A DNA stretch of 63,469 nucleotides, the filler included, from Octopus bimaculoides (lineage: Eukaryota), in NCBI RefSeq assembly GCF_001194135.2. It is 8 parts of 7 records of this genome, joined end to end, with 100 filler letters (N's around TTAATTAATTAA, not from the genome) between each part and the next. Parts side by side here need not be neighbours in the genome. Positions count along the whole stretch, not along the records: positions 1 to 21,060 come from NC_068982.1; 7 more parts are not named here. The stretch is one strand, 5' to 3'. Shown here piece by piece: positions 1 to 12,737 of this stretch. Position 1 is the stretch's first letter. Each line of letters starts with the position of its first letter. The notes under the pieces are model-generated. The model was not told the origin of the DNA and made no database searches. It was given only the letters and a program-made list of their open reading frames with translations. The position numbers and the translations under genes were made by a program.

Positions 1-3
1 ATA

Positions 4-37
<34 letters not shown>

Positions 38-287
38 CATATATACACATATATAGACATATATATATGTATATATATACATATAAATATGTATATATAT
101 GTATATATATGTATGTATATGCATATAGATATCTATATATGCATGCATGTATATATATGCATGTATATATATGTATGTTTGTATATATTATATATACCAT
201 ATGATATATATATTTATATATGTATATTAAATATACCATATAATATATATATCTTATAATATATACATATATTTACACATATATATG

Positions 288-336
<49 letters not shown>

Positions 337-340
337 GTAT
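1..340. repeat. Compound (AT)n/(ATGT)n/(CA)n microsatellite tract
   Basis: Directly visible dinucleotide and tetranucleotide repeats. Confidence 0.95.
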
Positions 341-1462
341 TTATGCATTACTCTATATTAGGAATACAACATTTATTATTTCCATGGCATATGCTCAGTT
401 TTTGTCCACAGAAGTTTGGTAAGTGCCAGCCTTGAGCATAATATAAGATTGATGTCGGTAAATGTTCAAATATCGCAATCATAATCTAGAGATTACTTTT
501 TCGTACACTACTTTTCAAAACAAAAGCTGATTATTTTAATTCGGCATTAGGAAAAATCTGACTCGCCATCGGTACATAACTATTAGTTGTTTTATCGAAC
601 TTTGGGATCCGAGGAGCAAATGGGGACCGAAAGGCTTTTTAGCTAAAGGCGTCAAGCAGTGAAATTAATTGTTACAAAGAATAGAAGTAAATATTTCACA
701 AATGCTGACAGAAAATGGACTGTATTGAATGCGAATGTAATAGTTTCGTTGAATTTAAACATCTTCATCATTATTATTGCTGTCATAAAATAAAATAATC
801 TTCAGAAATATTTCATCTCCAGTGACTGAAATAGTGCAACCCACCCACCAATGCATCTGGGTATAATTGAAGTCAAAATGGTGTAGCTGGAGTTTAAGTA
901 AATTGAATAGAGGCTGATTTTCAAACTGCTTTCTGGAGAAAGCATTTTAATTTTCAAGTTACCTAACTGACAGTAATAGTTTTGAAATGACATGTTGATA
1001 TTCAAGAATTAGTAAATTTTAGTAAAATATTTTTGTACTTTTCCTTTCAATAATTTTACTTATTTTTTTTATTTCCATTTTTAACGGTTTATAATAGTGC
1101 AGTTGTAAGATTTAAATAATTGCATTTTTTCTTTGATTCGGCAATTGTAGTTATTTTACACTTTTGGCATTCCCTCTTATATGTAGCAAATTTAATTTAT
1201 TTTTACCATATTATTTTTACCAAAGTGGTTCAAAAACTTCTGAGAAATGAAATAAAATCTCACGGTATTCAACATTTGCATAATTTAGCGGAATATTGCT
1301 TCCATCATCATTTTTTGGCATAAAATTCCAGAAGAGATATTTTAATTAATTTTCATAATAAACATAATTATAACTACAATATGAAATAATGTACATTAAT
1401 TTTTTATAATTTGAATTAGTTTTCTTAAAATACCCCGTTGATGTTAGTAAATGTTGAAATTT

Positions 1463-1635
1463 CACAGCAAGCTGGTAGAATCGTTAGCACTCTGGGCGAA
1501 ATGCCTAGCGGTATTCCGTCCGTTCATACATTCTGAGTTCGAATTCCCCCGAAGCCGACTTTGCCTTTTATCCTTTCGGGGTCTGTAAAATGAGTACCAG
1601 TCGAGCACTGGGGATCGATGTATTCGACTTCACTA
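1463..1635 (+). mobile_element. tRNA-derived SINE, family A (degenerate copy)
   Basis: A-box-like TGGTAGAATCGTTAG, B-box-like GAGTTCGAATTCC, then the family core GACTTTGCCTTTTATCCTTTCGGGGTC..AGTACCAG shared with more than 10 copies in the window. Confidence 0.85.
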
Positions 1636-2894
1636 CTCCTGGATAAGAGTACAACTACTCTATGTCAACCCAATGTGGTAGGGTGGGATTATCAAATCAA
1701 TATGATCTCAGGACCAAATTCACATCAGACCGTGGTTGACGGAGAGAAAATACTGAGGCCTTCGCCCTCCAATGGACTTAACTTAGGCAATCCAGTCCAA
1801 TCCAATCCAGTTCAGTCAAAACCTCACGTGAGAAATATAGCACAAGATAAGAATTGTCCCTCTGTCGTTTTTCTACACAGTTTCTCTCTGCAAATTATTA
1901 CTCACAATGCTTTGATCCACCTCAAAGTATGACACAATCTGACATAATTTGGGATTGAACCGAAAACCGCAAATTCGTGAAACAAACATCTTATCCACAT
2001 GTGTTTAAGAGTGATACGTTTATTTTAATATATCTGTGTGTCCTTCATTATTTATTGTAATCTATTCATATTTCTCACTCAGTTATTGATTTTTATTCCT
2101 GATTTATTGTATTCGTCTCTACCACAATCTTGTTAATTCTATTTTGAAGTTAAAATTATATCTCACCTGATATCTCATGTAATACTATTACGTGCGTTCT
2201 TTATGTTGAACTTGTCCTTAATCCTATTTAGCATTCTTAAGAAAATATCGTAAACTCTTAGATTTAGAGTATTATAAACACACACACACACATACACTCT
2301 CACATAGATGCACACACACAGACACACACACGTAAAAATACATTCGTAATACATACACGCGCACACATACACATACATATATAAGTTCATATATGTATGT
2401 CTGTGATCTATGTATGTAATCTATATATGTAAATATAATTGTTGATTCTATTTTCTTTTTCTTTTCACATATATTCCGTAATCTTCACATACTTCCCAGC
2501 TTTCATATTCCAATGGTAATATATAATAAGCTGTTCTGCTAATGTTATTTTTATTTGAATGTTCCTGTATTTGATGTCATGTAATATTTGATCTACATCT
2601 AACATTTTCCTCACCGGGATCAATGTTAGTTCAACAGTTCTGAACAATAGCTAACCTGATTTTAGCTTCATCCCACACACCTACGCAATCCATTCTAATA
2701 CGATTTCTATGTGATAATAAAGAATCCTCTATCTAAGGGAATTAAGATGAAAAGCCTATCACCTCAACTTGTTAAAGATGCTTTAAACTGTTTAACTTGC
2801 TCTCTTATATTTATATTCTAAGATTTTAATAAGATTTTGTATTTTTGTTGTAGCTTATATTTCACTTGTTCAGACCCTGCTTGATACACTTCTA

Positions 2895-2950
<56 letters not shown>

Positions 2951-3584
2951 CGTGCGCGCGCGTGTGTGTGTGTGTGTAACATTATATTTTCCCTGGTAGA
3001 AAGTAATATGTTGGATTCATCTTTGTCTTCACGCTGTATATTTTCCCTTACGGCTGCACACTCAACGATTTATGAATATGGGATAATGATGTAATTAGAA
3101 AGATGGGCTTCACTAAAAGATATCTTATAATAAAATTTTACATAATGAACTCTGATCTTCTGATTGGTAATTAACCAGACAGTCAGGCATTGTTTTCCCT
3201 CCTCTGGAAGCATGTTTCTTTCAAGCTTTATTATTTAGTCCTAGATTAACTTAATCAAACAAGATAATGATTAAAGGCAAGCCATTAGTGATTTCAGATA
3301 TAGTGGATCGAGGGCTTCACTGTCCAATCTCCTTGTTATAGTGGAACATGGTTAGGTGTGATTTGAGAGAGACTTGGTTGCTACTTAACTGATCGTACAG
3401 AGGATCTCTCATTGTCATGTTATCTTTCTCATAACAAGGAATAAATATCTCGTTATATAAGATTGGGGAACATGGTTTTTATTGTTTGATGTTGGGGACG
3501 TCTTTCCGACTAATGTTGGGGTGTTGATTTCAAAAATGAAATCCATTTTGCTCTATCATGTAAAGATTTTTCACAAAGTCGAAT

Positions 3585-3755
3585 GTTCATTTTTCAACGT
3601 TTTCGGTATTGTGACCATTTTAAAGGATAGATCTGGCTTCCTCAAATGCAGACCAATGCATGGAGCTTGACGTAAGCTTGAAAACACAGATTTTCAATAT
3701 CATTTATGGTAAATTGACGACAAAAGTAAAAATGAATACCATCTTCAGTAAACAA
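3585..3755 (-). ncRNA. Degenerate hammerhead-like motif with long stem II, possible PLE terminal-repeat remnant
   Basis: Minus strand reads CTGAAGA-TGGTATT...about 120 nt...AATACC-GAAAACGTT. Stem II closes (GGTATT/AATACC) but there is an extra A and stem I pairing is poor. Confidence 0.3.
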
Positions 3756-4234
3756 AAAGCATCAAACTTGAGCCATTTCCACCATTTTCAATCTGATCTG
3801 TTTTAAACGTCATGATGAAGACAGAATGTTTCTTTACACAATTAGGTGTTAATAAACAACACGTTTCTGTGGTCCTTGAAATCATATATGTTTCATAGTG
3901 TGAGGAGTTGCCTGTAGATATGCTAACATTGTGTTTGATTTAGTGTGACTATCATCGCAAACCAGGTGAGACACGTTTTGTTGAACCTTTAAATATTTCT
4001 TATGCAAATTGGTATTTTGAATGCGCCCTTAATGTTTTTATTGTGAGTCACATGGGTTAAGGTCACTTTTTGTCAAACATAGTCAAAGAACTTTAGTAAA
4101 GACTTCATGCCATGTATGCTCTTTATGGTACTTTGCCATTTTAAGTCTGCTTTTGCTTACTTTATAACTTGACAATTCTGAAAATGCTTTTCCCAGGTGA
4201 CAACTAGGTTGAATGCGTTTTGTATTTGAGAAAT

Positions 4235-4930
4235 ATGGCCAGTTGTGACAGAAGGAATAGCAAAATCAGCCTCAATGTTTTCTTCTTTATTTGTGACATT
4301 TTAGCTAGGTAGCGAAACAAAATCACAGGTTTTGTAAAGAAAGCTTACCTCACTCACTTTGGCATGAAACTGGATTATCAAGACAAAACGCGGATACCCC
4401 ATAGAGTGTGTAAAACTTGTATTGAAACACTGAGACAGCGATTGTTTCAAATACTTGAGCAGATCATTTCCAGCTTCGTATTTTGAGAAAATTAAGATTG
4501 GTGTATTTGACGGGCCACATATTAGGTGACTATTGCAGGACGAGCAGTCTTTGAAGACAATGTCTGGAGTTGAAAAGGAAGCATGGAAAACTTTTGCTGC
4601 AATTGTGTTTAATTTCCTGGGAAACGAAAAATCAATAAATTATAAAGAACTTTTGCAGACCCTGTTAACCAATTTTCAAACACTGGGCTGCAACATGAGT
4701 GTAAAAGTGCATTTCCTACATATTTGTCAGGACGTCTTCCCTGAAAATCACAGTGCAATAAATGATTTGCAATAAGAAACATTCTACCAAGACATCGACA
4801 CCATCGAGGTTAGGGATCATGGCAGGTGAAACACAAACAAGACGGCGGGCTTCTGTTGTTTTCTGCAAAGAGACTTTCGTGATGCAAGTTATTCATGCAG
4901 ACCAGCAAAGAGAAAGTTCACTCCTTGAGT
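4235..4930 (+). mobile_element. Chapaev3-like (CMC superfamily) transposase pseudogene with internal deletion
   Basis: Pieces translate as MASCDRRNSKISLNVFFFIC, VKKAYLTHFGMKLDYQDK..PHRVCKTCIETLRQ, KIKIGVFDGPHIR, NFLGNEK..LGCNMSVKVHFLH..FPEN, FYQDI..GR*NT. These match the C/H-rich N-terminus and the GVFxGP/KxHFLH/FHQDI C-terminus that I recall for Chapaev3. Stops and frameshifts are present. Confidence 0.75.
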
Positions 4931-7039
4931 AACTGAAACTCCAATTTGACTGAAATATATATTCAAAGATGTGTAATTAAACATCAAATTTGTTTCCCTG
5001 CGTAGCCTTTAAAACCTAGAGAAGTGTGATTTCTGAATGTATTTAGTCAATTTATTTTTCCTTTTGAAATCTTGTTAGTCAGGTGTCACAGGGAAAGAAG
5101 GGTCTAAAGGTATTTTCCAGCTCCAGGAAATGAGAAATAGACGAAAACATTTAACATTTTAGCAAATTGTTTAGATTGGCTGGTCCAGAAATAACAACTG
5201 GATGCGTAAAGTAGATATATGTAGTAGTGGTTTATTGTCAAGAAGTTTAGTAGGGAAAAAAGAATTATAACAAGGGTAAGGAAAAACAGAAGTTGCTATC
5301 TCAAATGTTAAATTAATAATGAAAAATATTAGTGTAACCCTGCAACGCTGTTCAGATCACTGTAATTCTCTTTTGGGAGTTCTGATCAAGGTAACACAGA
5401 AAAAAAAATGCACAGATTATTTTAGACTACCAAATATCAACGTCATATAATTTAACTGAAATCTCAGCACTATGGACCTCTCGAGTGTAAGCCCACCTGT
5501 GCCTAAATTCTGAAAACTCTTGACGCACTGCTGCCTGTCACATTTAAATCTAAGTAGCTTGAGAACATTCAGCCATCATTAATAATATTGTTTGAAACCA
5601 AGGTTTATAGAAAGAGCATAAAAATAATGACAGGTGAGCTGGTGGGAAAAATTGCTAACATCTGAGAGTATTTTTATTGAACAGAGATCTACCACAAACC
5701 AGAACACGCAAAGTAACCCTCTCGGTTACAATATGCAACACGAAGATATTTTAAAAAGAGAGAACAAAGCTGGTATCACAGCCTCAAAATAAATACGATC
5801 ACCTATCTATTACAGCGACACAGAAGAAACAACTGAAAAGAAGCTAGATCGATAGATACACATAAGAATATTAGTCGTGAGTTGAATAGAGAAAGAAAAT
5901 TCAATTATAGGAATGAGGGAACATATATCTGTGATATCATATTTTCCTTTGATGTTATATCTCTTACATATTGTTTCGTGAGAAAGATATCTTAGCAAGG
6001 ATACAATATATTTAATAACCTAAGAAGCTTAGACTATATTATAAAAACAAGACAATTTGAGAGAAATCCCAAGAACATACTATAGAAAATGAAATTAATC
6101 AGGCACAGGTAAATATCTCACTATTAAAAATAGAAATAGAGGGACATTGAGAAACTTTGAGAAATCTGTCCGCAAATCAAACCGAACCGCATAGATCACC
6201 AAGAAAACTCATCCTGTATTAAAATTATATTCAAAATAGTTTGAAAATAAGCATCGTTTTAGATATACAAGGGATTGTAAATGAGAGTCACACCTAGAAT
6301 ACACGCGTAAATTCGCTGAAGTACTTGTAAATATTTGAAGATTATTTTATACAGCCTGTACAAATGAGGGGAAAAGAATTCCAAGGGGAAAATTATGTTA
6401 GTATTAACAATATTACTCAAAGGAAAACAAAAGAAGAAACAAATTACAATGAACATCCTGTGTAAACTAGCAATTGCTTTATATTTTCACTCAGTATCTG
6501 TCAGCAGCAATTGTTTGCCAGCTTACCATCAAACCATTTGCAATTTCGATACGAATTTTTCACTAAAATGTGTATACATATCTAAAGTTATTCTAAGGGT
6601 AATACAGAAAAAAAAATGGAGTCGATGATCCCACAGGAGGAATATCTGTCCATATCATAATGCGCATGCTCAACAAGGCACACATAAAATTCTATATGCT
6701 TTGAATTCTGACAAATTTTCACTATGCCAATGCGAAACAGATCGTTCTTCTAAAACTAGAATCAAAACCCTCTAAAACCTATTATAAGTGAAAGGATAAA
6801 ACGATATATATAATTATCTACCAAAACTTCAATTAATCTTTCTCACACCATTACTTACTTAACAATGGAAATTACTTTGGCATTTTTCAACGATGCGTTT
6901 ACGTAGGTGTGGATTAAACTTTTATTGATGAAATTATAACAATCATTTTCTATGATTCATGAATGAAAGAAACCATAAATTTTAATCCTTGAATAACTTA
7001 TGTGTGATCGTTGGGTTTGTTATTCCCAAAATTTATCAT

Positions 7040-7260
7040 GTAATCTTTTATCTTTTACTTGTTTCAGTCATTAGACTGTCGCCGTGCTGGGGCACCGCCT
7101 TGAAGAATTTTAGTTGAATGAATTAACTCCAGTACTTATATTTTTCAGACAGGTACTTATTCTATCGGTTTTTCTTTCTGAGCCGCTAATTACGGGAACC
7201 TAAACACCCCAACACTGGTTGTAAAGCGGTGGCGGGGGCAAACATAAACACAAATGCACA
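7040..7260 (-). mobile_element. SINE family D, 3' part
   Basis: TCTTTTACTTGTTTCAGTCATTAGACTG..GCTGGGGCACCGCCTTGAAG..TACTTATTCTATCGG, recognised as a very abundant octopus SINE; abuts (CA)n. Confidence 0.65.
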
Positions 7261-7308
7261 CAGTCGTTGATATATACATATACATATATGCATACATACA
7301 CACACATA

Positions 7309-7377
<69 letters not shown>

Positions 7378-7400
7378 TGTGTGTGTGTACTCACTTGTCA

Positions 7401-7440
7401 AAAACCTGATGATTGCGTAACGCATGAAAGTACTAGTTCA
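7401..7440 (+). ncRNA. Minimal type I hammerhead ribozyme motif
   Basis: AAAAC-CTGATGA-T-TGCG-TAA-CGCA-T-GAAA-GTAC-TA-GTT: full core, 4-bp stem II, palindromic AGTACT in place of stem III, CUA cleavage triplet, 3-bp stem I (AAC/GTT). Confidence 0.5.
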
Positions 7441-7734
7441 TTTCGATTTAAAATTGTAAAAATTGCAAATAATGAAACGTGAAAATCACGCCAAGTTCAA
7501 ATTTCATTGATTAATGTGTGTGTGTGTGTGTGTGTATAAGTAGTTAGGGTAAAACCAAGCTGTTTCTTCTTGAAGTACGGTTGCTTATTCCATTACCTCA
7601 ATCAATATGTTAGTGTTGTAGTGTTGTATGGAAATCAAAGAACACACTAAACAGCAAAAAGGAAATTTTGGGGTATTATTTGTGCTTCATGTGCAAAGAT
7701 TTATATGTTATATAAACATGTAAGGAATTTTTTA

Positions 7735-7803
7735 TTTGAAAACTTCCAGACCGACTAAAACCTGGTCAGTGGACATGGTAGACGGAGATAAAAGAAGTCC
7801 GTC

Positions 7804-7805
<2 letters not shown>
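7735..7805 (+). mobile_element. SINE family B, 3' end
   Basis: GGTAGACGGAGATAAAAGAAGTCCGTCG then (TA)n; matches the tail of the 18289 copy (GGTAGAGGGAAACTGAAAGAAGCCCGTCG). Confidence 0.65.
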
Positions 7806-7838
<33 letters not shown>

Positions 7839-8469
7839 NNNNNNNNNNNNNNNNNNNNNNNNNNNNNNNNNNNNNNNNNNNNNNNNNNNNNNNNNNNNNN
7901 NNNNNNNNNNNNNNNNNNNNNNNNNNNNNNNNNNNNNNNNNNNNNNNNNNNNNNNNNNNNNNNNNNNNNNNNNNNNNNNNNNNNNNNNNNNNNNNNNNNN
8001 NNNNNNNNNNNNNNNNNNNNNNNNNNNNNNNNNNNNNNNNNNNNNNNNNNNNNNNNNNNNNNNNNNNNNNNNNNNNNNNNNNNNNNNNNNNNNNNNNNNN
8101 NNNNNNNNNNNNNNNNNNNNNNNNNNNNNNNNNNNNNNNNNNNNNNNNNNNNNNNNNNNNNNNNNNNNNNNNNNNNNNNNNNNNNNNNNNNNNNNNNNNN
8201 NNNNNNNNNNNNNNNNNNNNNNNNNNNNNNNNNNNNNNNNNNNNNNNNNNTATATAAAGGATGTGTTATAACACTATTCCACATATACCAATAATCCAAC
8301 ATACCTCCATCTTCAGCTGCCCCACGGATATCATTATGGTTTCGTCGCCTGGGCAGTACCATAAATGATAAAATATGATAAAAACACTTTTACAAGAACA
8401 AAAGAAAGGAAAAAAACGTTAAAAGTATGAAAGATCAAATTATCGAGGAAAAATCTCATAACGACCTCA

Positions 8470-8750
8470 CCAAGGAAACAAAGTAAAAGAAAAAAGTGGG
8501 AATTAAGCCACAGAACATTGGTGGGGGAGAGAGTAAGGGGCTACACACCCCAGAGCAAATAGTGTGTTTAGTCAAGTAGACATGATTGCAAAGGCGTTGC
8601 CGCGAAGAATGGCCAGGGACACTCACTGCAACATCCACCCCCAACTTGCGGGGCTCATTTCTCAGACGGGTTGGAGTCATCCCAATTTTGCGGAGAAAAT
8701 CGGCAGTGGTCCAAAAACACTCATAGCGGCCGGTCAGTTTCCTATTTCTT
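8470..8750 (+). mobile_element. Unclassified interspersed repeat with decayed coding signal (copy 1)
   Basis: Aligns by eye with the reverse complement of 15880-16170: CAAGGAAACAAAG, CACTCACTGCAACATCCACCC, GCGGGGCTCAT, CCAATTTTGCGGAGAAAATCGGC, TAGCGGCCGGTCAG. Confidence 0.7.
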
Positions 8751-9639
8751 TATAACGTCTTATTTGTTTATTTAACTATTAGTGTTAGCAGCATGAGTCA
8801 TAAAGACTCAGTAGTACAGAATAAAATTGACCATAAATTACACTTAACGGACAGAAATAATTCCTCATATTCTGAATCATATATACCAAAAGCATTTTGA
8901 ATGTCAAAGGATATCTCGTTTTCATTATTATCGAGGTGTGTCAGAAGAAACTAGTGGAAGTCTAACAATTAGTAAAGATGGTAAACTTAGATGAATTAGT
9001 ATGTGGTTAGGAGGCAGGAATCCTGACTTTTCTAGCAAAACCTTTCTTCCTAGTTAGAAAAAATTTGCTTTCTATATAAACTTTTGTTGGATGCGTCAGG
9101 ATTCTTGTTCTTCCAAGATGTACCGATGTATTTACTAACTTCACTATTACTGAAAATTGAGTTTAGATAATTTGATTGACTGAACCCTACCTCCAGATCT
9201 GTAGCCTGTTGCCTATGGCAAATACTGTCTCATGTCAATATTTTCGCATCCGCAGAAAAGATCATACAGGCTAAAGTTTTTTAGTTAAATTAATTTTTGA
9301 AGTTGTCCGATATAATTCGGTATTTTGTTTTGTTTTGGAAAAGGGGTAATCAGAAATGAAAACATGAAAGCATTATGGTATTTCTCGGAAAAAAAAAACT
9401 TCAGGATGTGTGTGTATGTGTATGTTTGTATATGTACGTGTTTATGTATGTTTATATGTATATATTTCTATATACTTGTCCGCCTAAACAAGCAGACATA
9501 ATTTTACAGACAAGACAATTTTAACATATTGATTTGAGTAGTTTTACTTTAGAATATTAAATCTATACATCGTCACAGTTGAAAGTTGGGTAGGAGGTGC
9601 GCGAAGAGTTATTTATGGTCGACGTGTCAGTAACCCTGT

Positions 9640-10090
9640 CAGGACTGTTGGATGCATTGTTGATAAGAAAAGATAGCATAAGATTGAGGCGAACAAACGT
9701 GTTTCGCCGGGGGTAAAATTAAAATGAAAGGAAAACCAACTGCAGCAGCGAAATGGAAATATCGAGTCAAAGAGGATAACCACGACGTATTAACAGGATT
9801 TGCTAGAAATTGTAAACACAAGTTTCTTAAATTATGTAATAGTCAACAAATGAAATAGTAAGATGCGTTTCATCTTACGTCTGGGCGTTTGATGCGTGCG
9901 CAGTTTCAGAAGACGAGATACAGCGTTCGCTATGAACTGATATCAATGATAAGCGTATTAACGGAAAAATAATAGAATACACTTTTTTCGCACAATTAGA
10001 GATGTGATTGAAAACTGTAATTGCGTGGCCTAAATTCCAGTTCTTTATAAAGCAGAAACGATACCGATCATTAGAATTTTGGTTCATAGT
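9640..10090 (-). mobile_element. Degenerate mariner-type transposase N-terminus
   Basis: MNQNSNDRYRFCFIKNWNLGHAITVFNHI...ERCISSSE resembles the mariner helix-turn-helix N-terminus; later LHNLRNLC resembles L-R-K-L-x-x-R-W. Heavily decayed. Confidence 0.4.
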
Positions 10091-10709
10091 TCTTTGTCTT
10101 TTTTAGGTATACTTTGTATTGTTTTAGGTATAATGGACAAGACCATGCTGGAACACTGCCTTCAGTGAAGAGGGAGCGTAAGCATTTTCACTGTTATCAA
10201 TGTTAGTTCCTAAGTACAGATGCCATCCTTGCACATAGAGACGACTCATAATGTGTCAACCCTATCTAACAATTGTTCAGTTGTGGTAGTTTTAGGATAT
10301 TTTGTAGATGCAATGACTTTTTAATTTTCACCAGAAGAAAAGTGATGAGAGTTATGAAGTTCTAGCTGTTGATTATATTTGTTAATACAAACAATATTCC
10401 CGTTTAATTTTACATTGAAGGGCTGAATGAAATACAATTTGTAGAAAAAAGAAAAATAGACAAAACTATTGCAATGACAGGAACAGCACTGGCACATCTT
10501 TAACTGTGATGAGCGTGTCGTCAATAAAGGGAATTGTAAATGCGTAGTGAAGAGCAAGTACCTCTCTAGAAAATATGAGAAAGTTTTAATAAAGATTAGT
10601 TGATTTAATTGACCCTTTTCCAAAATCTGTTGGTTTCTGGCTAAGTCAGAAATCATTGTTCATGTGCTTAAACTGAGAATTACTATTTATTCTTTTTATA
10701 TCAGGATTT

Positions 10710-11275
10710 GTTATAACTTCTGTCGTCTTCCATGCTTAGCGGGTTTGCTGCCTTCACCCTACGGTGCTACATCTGTTCTTTTCACCTATCTAATATTTCC
10801 TGATTATTCTGGCCGTGCCAAGGAGGCAAACCTTTTGTAACAGTTCTACTAGGCACTCTATTCCGATTTCCTTGATATTCCTCTTGATGCCTTCTGATAA
10901 CTGCTCCCAAGGAAACAACAATAATTGGCACTATCTTCACCTTCTTCATTTTCCATACTTAACAGGAATGTATATATTTATTATTTCGCCTTCCTTATGG
11001 ATTATTTCTCTGTCAAAGGGGCACATTATATCAACTATATAGCACATGTGGTGCATCTTGTCGACCACCATTTGGTCCGATCTGTTGTACTCTAGCACTT
11101 GAGCTATTTGAATTGGGAAATCCCAAAGGATTTTGTAGGTCTCCGACTCAGTAACTCTCCACTAAGGTTTGGGCTCATGTCACGTCTTGCCTCTATCCAG
11201 ACCCCGACCTCATCGTATCGCCACAACTTGTAGTGGTTTCGGGAAAGTCTACGGCATCCGTTTGCGATATGGGCA
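10710..11275 (-). mobile_element. R4/Dong-clade LINE, 3' fragment (restriction-like endonuclease)
   Basis: Frameshifted pieces HIANGC..YK.WRYD, KILWDFPIQ, LEYNRSD..VVDK..CYIVDIMCPFD, EIGIECLVELLQKVCLLGTARIIRK*; the 5' end abuts an (AAT)n tract. Confidence 0.8.
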
Positions 11276-11294
11276 TTATTATTATTATTATTAT

Positions 11295-11337
<43 letters not shown>

Positions 11338-11410
11338 GGCGGGGGCGGCGGCGGCGGCAGCAGCCTTAGTAGTAGTAGTGGTAGTAGTAGTAGTAGTAGT
11401 AGTAGAAGTA
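11276..11410. repeat. Compound trinucleotide tract ATT>AGT>GGT>GGC>AGC>AGT
   Basis: Directly visible. Confidence 0.95.
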
Positions 11411-11769
11411 GCGTATTTTTATTGCTATTGTTCATCAGCCATGCTAAATGTGTTTTGGATACTCCGTAAGTTTGTGCTTTATTTTCCTTTTTAGAAGGAG
11501 ATATTTGCCGACTTCCTTGTTTTATTTTCCAATTAATTAGACGAGTAATGCATCTGGTCGCCCTTTTTTGTTATCCGACCCACGGGGCAGAAACTCTGAA
11601 CGAAAGAACTTTCTTTTAAAGCAAAGCAAAAACCTTTTAGACAGCTTATGCTCTTGCCAGTTTTGTCGCTGAAATATATGGTTTTGCCGGTCGGTCAGCG
11701 AGACAAGAATGTAGGAGGTAAATTAAAGTTGAAACTAGCTTTCACGCTCAAAATCTACAGGCTAACAAT

Positions 11770-11986
11770 ATTCTTTTCTACTCTACGAACAAGACCCGAA
11801 ATTTTGGGGGAGGGGGCCAGTCGATTAGATCGACCTCAGTGCGCAACTGGTACTTAATTTATCGACCCCGAAAAGATGAAAGGCAAAGTCGACCTCGGCG
11901 GAATTTGAACTCAGAGCATAAAGACAGACGAAATACCGCTAAGCATTTGCGCCCGGCATGCTAATGTTTCTGCCAGCTCGCCGCCT
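11770..11986 (-). mobile_element. Full-length SINE family A with 15-bp target-site duplication
   Basis: Complete head, core and tail; CAGGCTAACAATATT at 11758-11772 and again at 11989-12003. Confidence 0.92.
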
Positions 11987-12681
11987 TTCAGGCTAACAAT
12001 ATTGAAACAACAATCGCAACAGCAGTAACAACTCAAAGTCGAACAAACCGTGCAACGCAGTCCACTATGTTTAAAAGGACAGGATAGACACGGTTGAAAT
12101 GCAATTGATCACAGGTCGGCTTAGATCAGACTATTATTATAGGCATCCATATCCCTGCGCAGGAAACTGTAACAGTTGACTAGTTGTGGCTATAGATACC
12201 ACACTGGGGATAGTTAGAGCTTCAGACTTTTTATTCAAAATTGAAAGGATCCTTAAGACTATACGGTGGAATAGTTGAAAAAAGTACGAAGATGTTTTCT
12301 ACTAAAATTCTGTTAGAACTACGGACTCGTAACTGTGTGAAAGAAATTAATGTCATTGACGATTTTTAATTATAACTTTGAAGTCAGCCTGTAATAGAAG
12401 TATCTTCAGATCATACAATAATAGCTAACCTGTTGTTCTACTATGCAGTGCAGTAATAATGTGATATCAGAAAATTGAAATGAGATTTCTATGTAGCAGG
12501 ATGTAACAACTGAAATGAAAGTTTGTAACAGACAAATAAACAGATTCAAAAGAGACAGTTAAGCAATTTATAAAGAATATAGGCTCTTTTAAGTTTATAA
12601 TAGTCCTTTTATTGAGTGGCTTATATGTGTTCATGTTTGTATGTACATACGTATGAATACTGGTATGCAGGTATGTTTGTA

Positions 12682-12737
<56 letters not shown>

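Noticed and set aside
800-1440. Possible DNA-transposon remnant
   Set aside because: Only vague terminal similarity; no diagnostic motif I can support.
1463-1560. tRNA-like A/B boxes here and in other SINE heads
   Set aside because: No complete cloverleaf, and they continue into SINE bodies, so they are not tRNA genes.
8290-8360. Possible type II hammerhead on the minus strand (GAAAC before CTGAAGA)
   Set aside because: Stem III and the NUH site cannot be paired.
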